This document shows, piece after piece, positions 1 through 10,465 of a stretch of DNA of 64,000 nt (position 1 is its first letter; each line of letters opens with the position of its first letter). The notes beneath the pieces are model-generated. The model did no database searches, was not told where the DNA came from, and was given only the letters and a program-made list of their open reading frames with translations. Position numbers and translations under genes: made by a program. Origin of the DNA: Aegotheles albertisi (taxonomy: Eukaryota); the NCBI GenBank assembly GCA_039906565.1, contig JBDMAX010000536.1, positions 225,716-289,715 on the forward strand. The letters run 5' to 3'.

Positions 1-599
1 CAGAACACACCTCCCCTGGACTCCTTGGGGAAGTCACTCCGCGCTGGTGAGGCCACAGCTGGAGTTGCTCTGTCCAGTGCTGGGATCCCCAGTGCTGGAG
101 AGAGGCCAGGGATGGAGGATCATGGAGGGTCTGGAGCTTGCAGAGAGAGCTGGGGCTGCTTAGCCTGGGGAGAAGGCTCAGGGGGATCCTAATCTACGTG
201 CATGAACGTCCCATGGTATGGAAGGGGAGGGAGCCAGGCACCCCTCAGCAGTGCCCACAGGCAACGAGCACACATAAAACCCCCCAAATCCCCTCTGCAC
301 ACAAATACCCACCCTGGTCTGACTGTAAGGGCAGCTCAAACCCTGCACACGCTGTCCAGAGAGGTTGAGGAGTCTCCATCTTTGGAGATGCCAACACCCA
401 AGTGGACGTGGTCCTGGGCAGCTGCCTCTGCTCGTGCAGGGCTTGGGGCAGATCATCTCCAGGGGTCCCTTCTCCCCCGAGCCCCTCTGTGCCCCCACTG
501 GCAGCTGCTCCCCAGAGCACCCTGCAGGGAGAGCAGCACCATCGGGTACCGCACACACGGCTGCGGGATTTCAAACGCCCCGAGAGCCCCCACAGCCCC

Positions 600-1790
600 C
601 CCAGGCACACCGAGAGGCCTCGTTTCCAAGCGCTCCAGGGCAGCCGGCACTGCCCAGGCTGTGTCACGGGCCGGGCCCAAGCTCAGGCCGCCCCTCCATT
701 GCGTTCGGGCCCAGCTCTGCGAACCGCGCCTCACGCGGCCCCACGGGGCGTTCCCGCACACGCACGGGCGGCGCCCGCCCGGCTCGGCGCGTCGGCAGCC
801 GGCGAGGCTTTCCCCGGGCCGGCGCGGGGGTTTCTGTGCGGGGAGCCGGGGCCGAGCTCCAGGAGCGGCTCCTGCCCCGGCGGCCGCTGAGGAGCCCGCG
901 CCTGCGGGGCGGGGTCCTGGCGGGGCGGGGTCCTTGCGGGGCGCGGGGCGCCGCCGCGGTGCCAGCTCCTGCCCGGCCGCGGCACCGCCTCCGCCGGCGC
1001 GCGCGGGTCAGGCGAACGCCGCGGGCAGCTATGGCGGGGTCCTGCCGCGCGGCGCCCCTGGGCCCGCGCTGCCGGGCGCTCCGGGGGGTGCGCGCGGGGG
1101 AGGCGGCGGAGCGGGGTCGGGCCCGGCTGCGGCCTGGGGGGGAGCTGGGGGGGAGCCGGGGGCCCCGGCGGCGAGACCGAGCCTGCCCGGGCCCCGGGGA
1201 GAGCCCCGGGGAGGCGGCGGGGGCGGCCCCGGCCCCCTCGTGGCCTGCGCGGCTCGGCCTGGGCCAGGGCCCGGCGGCCGGGTCGGGGCCGGCTGGTTCC
1301 GGCACCGCGAACGCCCTTCCCGGGGGGCTTGGGCTGCGCTCCGCAGCCGCTGCTCTCCTGCCCCGCGCCCCCCGCCACGCACAGGGGGGAGCTGCGGTGT
1401 CGGTCCCCGGGCTCTGCGGGGGGGGGCGGCTCTCAGCTGAGCTCCGGCATCGCCCCGAGGCGACCTCGTGGGGGCCCCGTTCCCTGCCCGGAGGCCGCAG
1501 CCGCCTTTCCGCGCGGCTCCCCCGGTCGGACGCTGCTGGAGCCGGGCACAGCCCTGCCCTGCTCGGCCTGGCAAACGCTGCCGCTCGCAGCGTCCATCGG
1601 GGGGGCGCGGGTTGCCGGGCAGCCCCCAGCGACTGGATCCCAGTGCCACGGGGTGCTGGTGAGGGCCCTCGGCTCACGGCTGTGTCTGCACTCTCGGGAG
1701 TCTTTAGCTGCCTGCTCAGCACACGTTCCAGCTGCAGGCTGCGCTGGGGTTTGTGGATGATCACTCGTCTGTGGAGGTGAGAGCTGCGTG
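600..1790. promoter_or_regulatory. CpG island at the outer end of the left arm. Possible promoter or first exon. A GT donor-like site follows at 1786 (GGAG|gtgagagc).
   Basis: Very high GC and CpG density, with runs of gcggg/ccgcc. The long overlapping ORFs on both strands here are typical CpG-island artefacts. Confidence 0.6.
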
Positions 1791-3249
1791 TGGTCAGAGG
1801 GAGAGGAAAGGTTTGGGTTTCATAGATACACAAATCTATATTGCTGTCTGTTCACAGACATTGAACGTTCTGCAATGACTCTGTGAGCTATAACTGTAGC
1901 ACATGGCCTTCCTGTGTCAGTGCAGGGTGTTCGTGTTTCAGCACGAGACAAAAGTGGTGCTGTGCTGTTCAGTCCTTGCACTGTGTCTCTCGGATCTGCT
2001 CCTCTCTGCAGGTACCACGGGAATTGCTCCTGTCTGCTCGGGAATTACTGATTTGTTGTGCACTTTTCACCTGAGAAGAAGCACTTTGTCTCGCTCTGCT
2101 TTGCTCACCGTTGCTGTAGAACAAATTTCTCACAGTCCAGTCTGGTTTTTCACTTCCCATCTTGTGCGAGCCCTGGTGCAAACCCGAGAGGCTGCAGCTC
2201 CAGACAGGGGCAGGCTCTGACTGTCGCTGTTCTCCCTGAGCAGCTGCTGGAGCTGTGCCTGCCCGTGCCCCAGCAGCAGCGGGACTGGCCTGGAATCCCA
2301 GCTCTGCTGTGGGCTGTAACGCTCGCATGGAAACGGCGAAACCTGCTTGCTGGGCCTCGGCAGGGCTTCTGCTGGCCAAAAGCCTCCGGTGTTATTTCTG
2401 CGAGCCCCCAGCTCTGCGGTGCTGCAGGACGATCTGCAGCCAGGGCAGGGGATCTGCAGGGCATTGCAGCTGCAGGGGAGCTGTGGAGTTGGTTTGGGTC
2501 CGTGTGTGACAGCACAACAGCTGGAGAGGAGCTGTTTGCTGTCCTGCACAGCAGACGCACAGGTCACGGCGTTTGCCACGTGCCCCTGGCCACTGGTGAG
2601 GGAGCTCCCTGTGGGCTGGACGAGAAAACCGAGGAGGGGACATTTCCCAGGAGATGTTGTTGCTCAGGGCAAAACCTGGGCTCTGTAGCATTTTGTTTCC
2701 TGTTTCCCATGGTGATGTGAACGTGGGGGTGGTGCTGTTCAAAAAGAATGCTTCTGTCAGCCCCTGCATTCCAGGAGAAGGAGTGCTGCGTTGTCCCTCT
2801 GCGCTGTGCCACGCGCTGTGCCATGCGGACGGCGCGATGACAAACCCGATGGCCCGTGGCGTTTGGAGAAGCACATGGCCTGGACATGGTCACCTGGGGC
2901 AAGGGCAGGCAACGTGTGAGTACTGCCTGGCAGCAGCAGTGCTGTCTGTGCTGCACAGGCGTGATGCAGGTCCTGTGTGCGAGGGATCACTGCACCCCGA
3001 GCTGTTCATGGCTTGGGAAACCATTCGCCACCTCATTAAACCAACAGGAAAAACCAGCAGAAAGGAAGGCAGAGCGTGACAAGGGCTTGCTCTGCATCTC
3101 ATTTGTTCACTGGCGCTGATCTCCATCTGTTGTGTGTTTCCTTTTCCTTCTCATGCAAACCGTGGTGAAAACAGATACCCAGGAGGCTCCAGTGCTTCCA
3201 GAGAGTGGCTTGGCTGCTCGCGTGGTGAATCTCTGGTCACGTCTCCAGG

Positions 3250-3538
3250 AATGTGTGAATGGGGTCACAGAAAAATCGGGCAGCGTCCTGTTTGGGGCAG
3301 AAAGCGTGTTGGCTGTGCAGCTCTTGGGGAGGGCAGGAGGAGGCTGGCTTCCTGGGTCAGTGATGAGTGTTGGCATGTATTATCTGATGTGGAGGTGATG
3401 TCTATCCCCACTTTAGCTCTAGAATTACCCTGAGACCCAGGGAACTCCAGTTTCCCCCGGCAGTGACCTTTGAGCTTTTCCAGCGTGTGGAATCAAGTCA
3501 CTGCCACAAATCCTGTCCCAGCGCCAGGAGAAGGGGGG
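3250..3538 (+). repeat. Internal direct repeat, copy 1 (~290 bp), inside the left arm.
   Basis: Near-identical to 4841..5129 from gaatgtgtga...ggggtcaca to ...gccaggagaaggggggg. Encodes the shared ORF tail ...GQRPVWGRKRVGCAALGEGRRRLASWVSDECWHVLSDVEVMSIPTLALELP. Confidence 0.8.
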
Positions 3539-4320
3539 GGCACACGGTTGCTGTGCGTCCTTTTGTTTTCTTTTCTTTGTCTGTCGGGGGTGTTTTGATC
3601 AGGAGGAGGTGATTTGTTTTGAGCAGGCTTCTGCTGACTCAGGGGCTTTCTGGAGGTTGGACTTGCCTAGTGACCTCTTGAAACGTGGCCAGAAACGCCG
3701 CAGATGTCGTTTCCTGGGGAAAACAGAGGGATTTGCCCATTCCCGTGGATTTTATGACACGTTGTAATTAAACCTGGGGGTCAGGGGGTTGCTGGGGTTG
3801 TTGCTGACCTGCGTTCACTCGTTTCTGCCAGAGAATTCATTTGCTCTGGGGCTCGCCGTAGGGCGAGAGGAACGGGCAGGACCAATGCACAGCCTGGATG
3901 CAGAACAGTCCTAAATGTCGCCTCCGGCCCGCGGGGAGCAGTTTGAGCCTTCTGTTTGGTTTTGTTGGTTGTTTGGTTGGTTGGGTTTTTTTAAGAAAAT
4001 GTTAGTGTTTTGCCTGAGCTTTCAGTATCTTTTCCTAAAGGGTCATTTTGTTTAATCAATTTTGCACAGGGTTGCTGGCTGTAACGGCCTGGCTGCGTCA
4101 GGTAAACGTTGACCTGCTGGGTTGGTGGCTTCGTGAACGTCAGATGCCTTCTGGAAGCCTCGGCGTGCAACTGGAGAAGGTGTGAGGTGGCTTTTCTTTG
4201 TTCAAAGCTCATCGGGGATTAATTTTTGTCCCCAGAATTTGGGAGAATTCGGGGTGTGGAGTCACCAACGCGATTTGCGACATCGCGTTTGAAACAAAAC
4301 CAAAAAGTCACCGAATGCCA

Positions 4321-4850
4321 GAGTGGTTTGGGTTGGAGGGGACCTTAAAGCTCATCCAGTGCCACCCCACCGCCGTGGGCTTGTGTGCGCTTGGAGCTCA
4401 AAGAGCCCCTGGGATCCTGGGCTGTGTCACCTGCAGCGTGAGCAGCAGGGCGAGGGAGGGGGTGATGGTTCTCCTCATCTGCTCTGCTCTGCTCTGGTGA
4501 GAGCCCTCCCTGTAATGCTGGGGCCAGGTCTGGGCCGCCCCAGCATCAGAAGGACACGGAGCTGTTGGAGCGAGTCCAGAGGAGGCCACGGAGATGCTCG
4601 GGGAGCTGGAGCAGCTCTGCTCTGGGGACAGGCTGAGAGAGTTGGGGGTGTTCAGCCTGGAGAAGAGAAGGCTCGTGGAGACCTTAGAGCACCTTCCAGT
4701 GCCTGAAGGGGCTCCTGGAAAGCTGGAGAGGGACTGGTGCCAAGGGCAGGGAGTGATGGGACGAGGGGGAACGGGTTCCAACTGAAGGAAGATGGATTTA
4801 GACTGGATTTTAGGAGGTTCTTCACTGCGTGGGTGGTGGGAATGTGTGAC
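4321..4850. mobile_element. Two CR1 LINE 3' fragments arranged tail to tail: antisense 3' end at 4321..~4545 and sense ORF2 C-terminus at ~4546..4850.
   Basis: 4321.. reads ggttggaggggaccttaaagctcatccagtgccacc, the reverse complement of the CR1 3' terminus. The ORF at 4594..4785 gives the CR1 ORF2 motif [14 protein letters not shown]. Mirrored in the right arm at about 22789..23318. Confidence 0.7.
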
Positions 4851-5129
4851 TGGGGTCACAAAAAAATCGGGCAGCGTCCTGTTTGGGGCAGAAAGCGTGT
4901 TGGCTGTGCAGCTCTTGGGGAGGGCAGGAGGAGGCTGGCTTCCTGGGTCAGTGATGAGTGTTGGCATGTATTATCTGATGTGGAGGTGATGTCTATCCCC
5001 ACTTTAGCTCTAGAATTACCCTGAGACCCAGGGAACTCCAGTTTCCCCCGGCAGTGACCTTTGAGCTTTTCCAGCGTGTGGAATCAAGTCACTGCCACAA
5101 ATCCTGTCCCAGCGCCAGGAGAAGGGGGG
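4841..5129 (+). repeat. Internal direct repeat, copy 2, immediately 3' of a sense CR1 fragment.
   Basis: Same as copy 1. Mirrored copies sit in the right arm at about 22510..22798 and 24098..24386. Confidence 0.8.
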
Positions 5130-8100
5130 GACGCAGTGTGAGTTTTGGTCCATTTACGTGTTCAGAGGTCTGGTTCTTGGCCTGGTACTGGATGGTACTG
5201 GGAGATGCTTCGGCGTTATCTGGATGCGTCTCCGGATCCCCAGAGCAGAACAGTGTTCGCAAATGCTGCTGTAGAGATTTGGTGGCAAACTTAACGAGCC
5301 TGTCTTAACGAGCGTGCCTGTTCTTCCTTCAGCGATACGGTTTAGTCCCACCTTGACACCCAGAATATCTGAAGGGTCATGCTCACATCTGCCCGTGGTC
5401 ACCATTAACACACGTGTGCAGGTTTGCTTTTGAAGGGGCCTGGTGTGGTTGTCTCTTCTGTTGGGGTTCGTTGAGTTATCTCTGAGGTGGCGTCACGGCT
5501 CAGCGGAAGGCGTGTGATCCCTGAGGGAGCAGAGGAGGTCCTGTATTGCTTCCATTTTCTGCATTTCTTCAGCAGAAAAGACTTGCATCAGCCTGATCTC
5601 CAAATGACAGCGTTTCACACTTTGTGGGTAGGTTCAGCTTCAGGTTCTGACTTGGGTTAGGGTTGCTCCAAGTGTGTGCTGGGAGAGGTCTGTCAGGATG
5701 GACCTGCCCAGCAATCCCCCATCTGCAGGGCTGGCTTGGTCTGGGTCAGCTTCCCGGGCTGCATGTGCAAAAGAGAAGTTGCAGCTCTCTAGTCAGTCTT
5801 GATCTAAACCCAAGGTGGTTCCTGTTTGTGCCCAGACACCTGAGAGAGACCTAAATGTTTCAGGCAACCCAAGAGGAGGGCCCCGATGTTCATAAGAAAT
5901 TCTTAACAGCTGTTTTTGCAGGTGACTCAACTGAGGAGTGAGAACCTAAAGCTGCTGGGGCTCATCTAGCTGTAATGAGGATGGAATTAATTATTTAAGT
6001 GCACAGGGTAAGTGGCAATCAAGGTACTCAAATCTCACTCGCTCTCTGTCTTCTGGGATCTGTGCCTGGCATTGCTCACCAGGATTTTGCAGCTGCAGGG
6101 GCTGGAGGAATTAGCCAGGGTGGGGAGGAGGGAACAGCAGCAGCATCGATCCTTCTCTTCCCACTCTCTGTCTCTTTTGTCCATTTTCATTAGATCTTAC
6201 TGCTACCTATTAATGGGGATTTCAAAACCTCATAAAGAGCACAGAAGAGGATTGAAGAGGTGACTGAAGGAGATAGGAGGAGAATGTTTAAGAGCAATTG
6301 ATTTAATGGGAATAAACTGCTTCAGGTGAAGTCAGGCTCTTCACTTTAGAATCACAACAAACATCACACCACAAAACACACAGTCGCAACAGTGGGAGAT
6401 GCTTCACCTTGTTCTGATGAGAGATGTGGTTGCTTTCCAAACCTTTCAGTCCACCTTCTAGTCCTGAGATGCTGCAGGCAAGTCCGTTTCCTTTTTGTGT
6501 GAATTAAATCACCATCATTTCTGCGAAGAGCATGAGCCAGCACCATGTGGATGGCCAGAGGATTTGAAGGCAATCCTATGGTCCGTAGTAGAACATCACT
6601 GCACCACCCTGTGCAGTGCCAAAGCCAATAGCAGAGAGTATTTCCTCGTAAGGCAGCCCTAGGAGAGGAGCACCAGCAGCCTGTTTTGGAGAGTGGTCTT
6701 CACACCATTTCAGGGTGGCAGTGTGGTCTGGTGCAGGCTTGTGCTCCCACCAGGACTGCAGGCACACACAGGGCAAGTCAGAAATGGCACCGGGTGTTCC
6801 TTGGTGACAGAAACCCCAGCGCCCGCCGTCACACTTCTCACTGATTGGTGTGGCATGGGCTTGTCTTCTGAAATTTCTGCCTGAAAGGTAAGAGCTGGAT
6901 TTCGAAGGCATCCAGAGAGGCCCCAGGGTGTGTGCTAGAGCAGTGACTGGTTAGCGGTTACATTTTTAATGCAAGCACTGACATGTCAGAGTGGTGCCTC
7001 TGCTTCCTAGAACACCACCTGGGAACCTCTGAAAGTGTGCACCGCTTCTCCTCTCCTGCATCGATACATTTGCAGTAACTGAGAAACAAAATATAAATTA
7101 TTGCTTCATTTGCAGGCGGGAAAATGCAATTTCCAGTTGATGTTTTCCTTAGAAGACCATACCTAGGTATTAAAACCACATTACATTGCATTGCTCACAC
7201 TGTGCTCACACAGCAATCGGAAAATGACCTCTCTTGGAATTTTATTAGAAGTCTTAGAGATTTGGCAACACTGGTTATGGGTTTGCCCTCTCCCAAAGGA
7301 GGGAGTTAACCGGGGTCTGTCACTGTATTGGTCACCCCCTGCCTCACACCTCTGTTTGCTGCCTTGGCAGAAATTCAGTTGTCAGCCCTCTCACTTTCTC
7401 TCAGGAAGGGCAGGAGAGGCAAAGTCCCAAAGGGTGCTGTGGACTGCAAAGATGTGCCCTTAACTGTCCCACGGTTCATCAGTCACAACCATGGCCATTC
7501 ACAGGAATGGCCTTGTTAGGCTTTGTACACACCAGTGACTGGCTGCGAGTTGCTGAAATAAAATAGTTTAATAATGTCTTGTACTTCCAAATTTTGGTTT
7601 GGTGTCTGTGCTTGTCCTTTTACATTTCTTTTCTTGCACTTCTAACCTGTAGATTTTCATGCCTTATACTCAGTTGCACTCACACTTCTTTAAGGAAGAT
7701 GGGAAAAGCTGTAACCTCTCTGGTAAATGGCTGGAATGGAAGAATAATCTCTAAGCTTTAAGAAGACAAGCAATTGGCCAAACCCTTTTCCAAATCCAAT
7801 GGCCGTCTGCCTACCATTTGCAGACCATTCCCTGTGAAGGCAAAAAGCAAAGTGCAGTCAGGGAAAGGACTGAATTATTTGGGTGAGATGAAGGGCCTAA
7901 CCCCAACTTTGGAGAAAATCTGTCGTGGTTTATTTTTTGGCTCTCTATACTAAGTCATGCCCTTTGTTGGCCAAACCAGTGCAACTCCCTGGAGAGGGAA
8001 AGATGTTTATTTCAGATGTGAGCACTCGTTTCTCTTGTGGCTTAGCATCTCCCACTGTACCCCCACACATGCATTTCTTCAGGAACACTGTCTTACCCCT

Positions 8101-9380
8101 GAAGTCTAGTACAGCTTCCCGTCAGCCATTCACCTCTTGGCCACCACATGTTGTTAGTACTCCACACACTTCTTTCTGCCTTCGTTCCTCTGAATGTTTG
8201 GCTGCAGATGCCATTCCAGGTGACTGACTCCCTCCCAGGATTGCCTGGAGACACTCACCCTGCACACTAAAGCTGTGTAGAGATGCTGGCTTGTGCACAG
8301 GAAGGGATCAAGCAGCATTAGCACTCGACTGATTTCTGAATTGGAGCTCAGCTCTCTCCACACAGCATCACATTGTGCCATATGCACAGTCCTGAAGTGA
8401 TTTGCCATCCCGTGTAGAGAAAAGGTAAATAAACAATGAAAACATGTCAAAGTCCCTGCACCCTTTTAGCATGGAGGCCTGGATTACAGCCCATCAGCTG
8501 TATCTGTTTTCATAGCTATTGCACTGTGCCGTCAGCCCCGTGTTTTACTAATGCTGTGTTCCTGGGCATTGGGAAGGTCGTTTTGCAAGGGATGTTGTGC
8601 ACACTTGGCCTCTGCTGGGTTTGTGATAAAAAGCTACTAATGTTATTTACCTTGTTTCTCAAAAGTATTTGAAAATCTAGGTTAATTCACAACTGGTGGA
8701 GCAGGAAAAAACTACAAGAAGAGTTGGCACACAGAGGAAAACAAGCTTCCCACAGTGGGAAAAGGACTACAGTCTCCAGCTAGGAATGCTTGTGAACTCC
8801 TTGATGAACATCTAGAAATGCGCACGGCACTGACCTTTGTGTTCTCTCTTTCACTAGATTTTAATGTTGCTTTTTTTGTTGATGTGGGCTGGTGTATTCT
8901 TTTCATTATAGCTGTATGAAGCTAAAGAGGCTGCAAAATCATTTTCCTTCTCACAGGTCGGGTGAGGAATGGGAGTGAGTGTGTAAGGACCAGCCCAGGC
9001 CAATGTAGCTGACTGCACTGCTGCTGGTTTGCTAACCTCACATCTGTGAGACACTTCTCGTTCTGGCTTTGTGTTGAGGAAGGTCATTTTCCAAGCCAGA
9101 GCCCACCTCTTCACCTGCAAACATTCTGCACACATTTGCTGTTATTTATTAAAGGAAGTTCTCTTGGGCTTTTATTTTTAAGCTGTGTGGCGCAGACCTG
9201 CGTGCTTGTTTATCTTTAACATCCACCCTCACCTCACACTTACAGAGTAGCTTGCTGCCCAAAGGCATTGCTGTATCCAGAGGAAAGAGTAGGATAACTG
9301 CTCAAAGAAATGTTAAAGAGCAAGAGCTTCTGCCCTATGTGACTGAACTGTGTGTGTCGTGATTTTTTTCTTTGCTCCTT

Positions 9381-10465
9381 CACAGAATCACAGAATCCTA
9401 GGGGTTGGAAGGGACCTCGAAAGATCATCTAGTCCAACCCCCCTGCCAGAGCAGGGTCACCTAGAGCAGGTCACACAGGAACGCATCCAGGCGGGGTTTG
9501 AATGTCTCCAGTGAAGGAGACTCCACAACCTCTCTGGGCAGCTGTTCCAGTGCTCTGTCACTCTCACAGTGAAAAAGTTTCTCCTTATATTCACATGGAA
9601 CCTCATGTGCTCCAGTTTGCAACCATTGCCCCTTGTCCTATCATTGGTCATCACTGACAAAAGCTTGGCTCCATCGTCCTGCCCCTCACCCTTTACATAT
9701 TTGTAACCATGGATGAGGTCACCCCTCAGTCTCCTTTTCTCCAAGCTAAAGAGACCCAGCTCCCTCAGCCTCTCCTCATAAGGGAGATGTTCCACTCCCT
9801 TCATCATCTTTGTGGCTCTGTGCTGGACTCTCTCAAGCAGTTCCCTGTCCTTCTTGAACTGTGGGGCCCAGAACTGGACACAATACTCCAGGTGTGGCCT
9901 CACCAAGGCAGAAGAGAGGGGGAGGAGAACCTCTCTTGACCTACTGACCACCCCCTTTCTAATGCACCCCAGGATGCCATTGGCCTTCTTGGCCACAAGG
10001 GCACATTGCTGGCTCATGGTCATTTTCATGTCCACCAGGACCCCCAGGTCCCTTTCTCCTACACTGCTCTCCAGCAGGTCAGCCCCCAGCCTGTACTGGT
10101 GCATGGGGTTGTTCTTCCCCAGATGCAAAACTCTGCACTTGCCCTTGTTGAATTTCATTAAGTTTCTCCCCGCCCAACTCTCCAGCCTATCAAGGTCTCT
10201 TTGAATGGCAGCACAACCCTCTGGTGTGTCAGCCACTCCTCCCAGTTTGGTGTCATCAGCAAACTTGCTGAGGATACATTCTGTACCCTCATCCAGGTCG
10301 TTGATGAAGATACTGAACAACACCGGTCCCAGTACCGACCCGTGAGGGACTCCACTGGTCACAGACCTCCAACGAGATTCTGTCCCATTGACTACAACTC
10401 TCTGACTTGTTCCCTTTAACCAGTTCTTGATCCACCTCACTACCTGATCACCAAACCCATACTTT
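9381..10465 (-). mobile_element. CR1 LINE, 5'-truncated. ORF2 reverse-transcriptase C-terminal region plus 3' UTR.
   Basis: ORF 9457..10440(-), 327 aa, with [42 protein letters not shown] and [13 protein letters not shown] motifs. The 3' tail ...gaggtcccttccaacccctaggattctgtg is present in antisense at 9381..9440. Confidence 0.9.

Larger units (their letters stand above)
1..7500. repeat. Left arm of a large inverted repeat (palindrome). Truncated by the window start. Reverse-complement partner is 20140..27636.
   Basis: Six-frame ORFs in 1..7519 reappear on the opposite strand at 20105..27636 with coordinate sums of 27636-27639, for example 138..368(+) versus 27268..27498(-) and 6364..6573(-) versus 21066..21275(+). 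Reverse complement of 1..40 matches 27596..27636 exactly. Homology stops at 7500/20140. Confidence 0.9.

Noticed and set aside
202-1833. Very long ORFs (412-471 aa) on both strands of the left-arm GC block and their mirrors at 25803..27434.
   Set aside because: They are Ala/Gly/Pro/Arg-rich low-complexity translations overlapping on both strands inside a CpG island. That is the expected artefact of greater than 75% GC with few stop codons, and they have no protein-like pattern.
2058-2720. 220-aa Cys-rich plus-strand ORF in the left arm (mirror 24916..25578).
   Set aside because: No recognisable domain, no splice-consistent neighbours, and a GC-rich context. It is kept only as part of the arm description.
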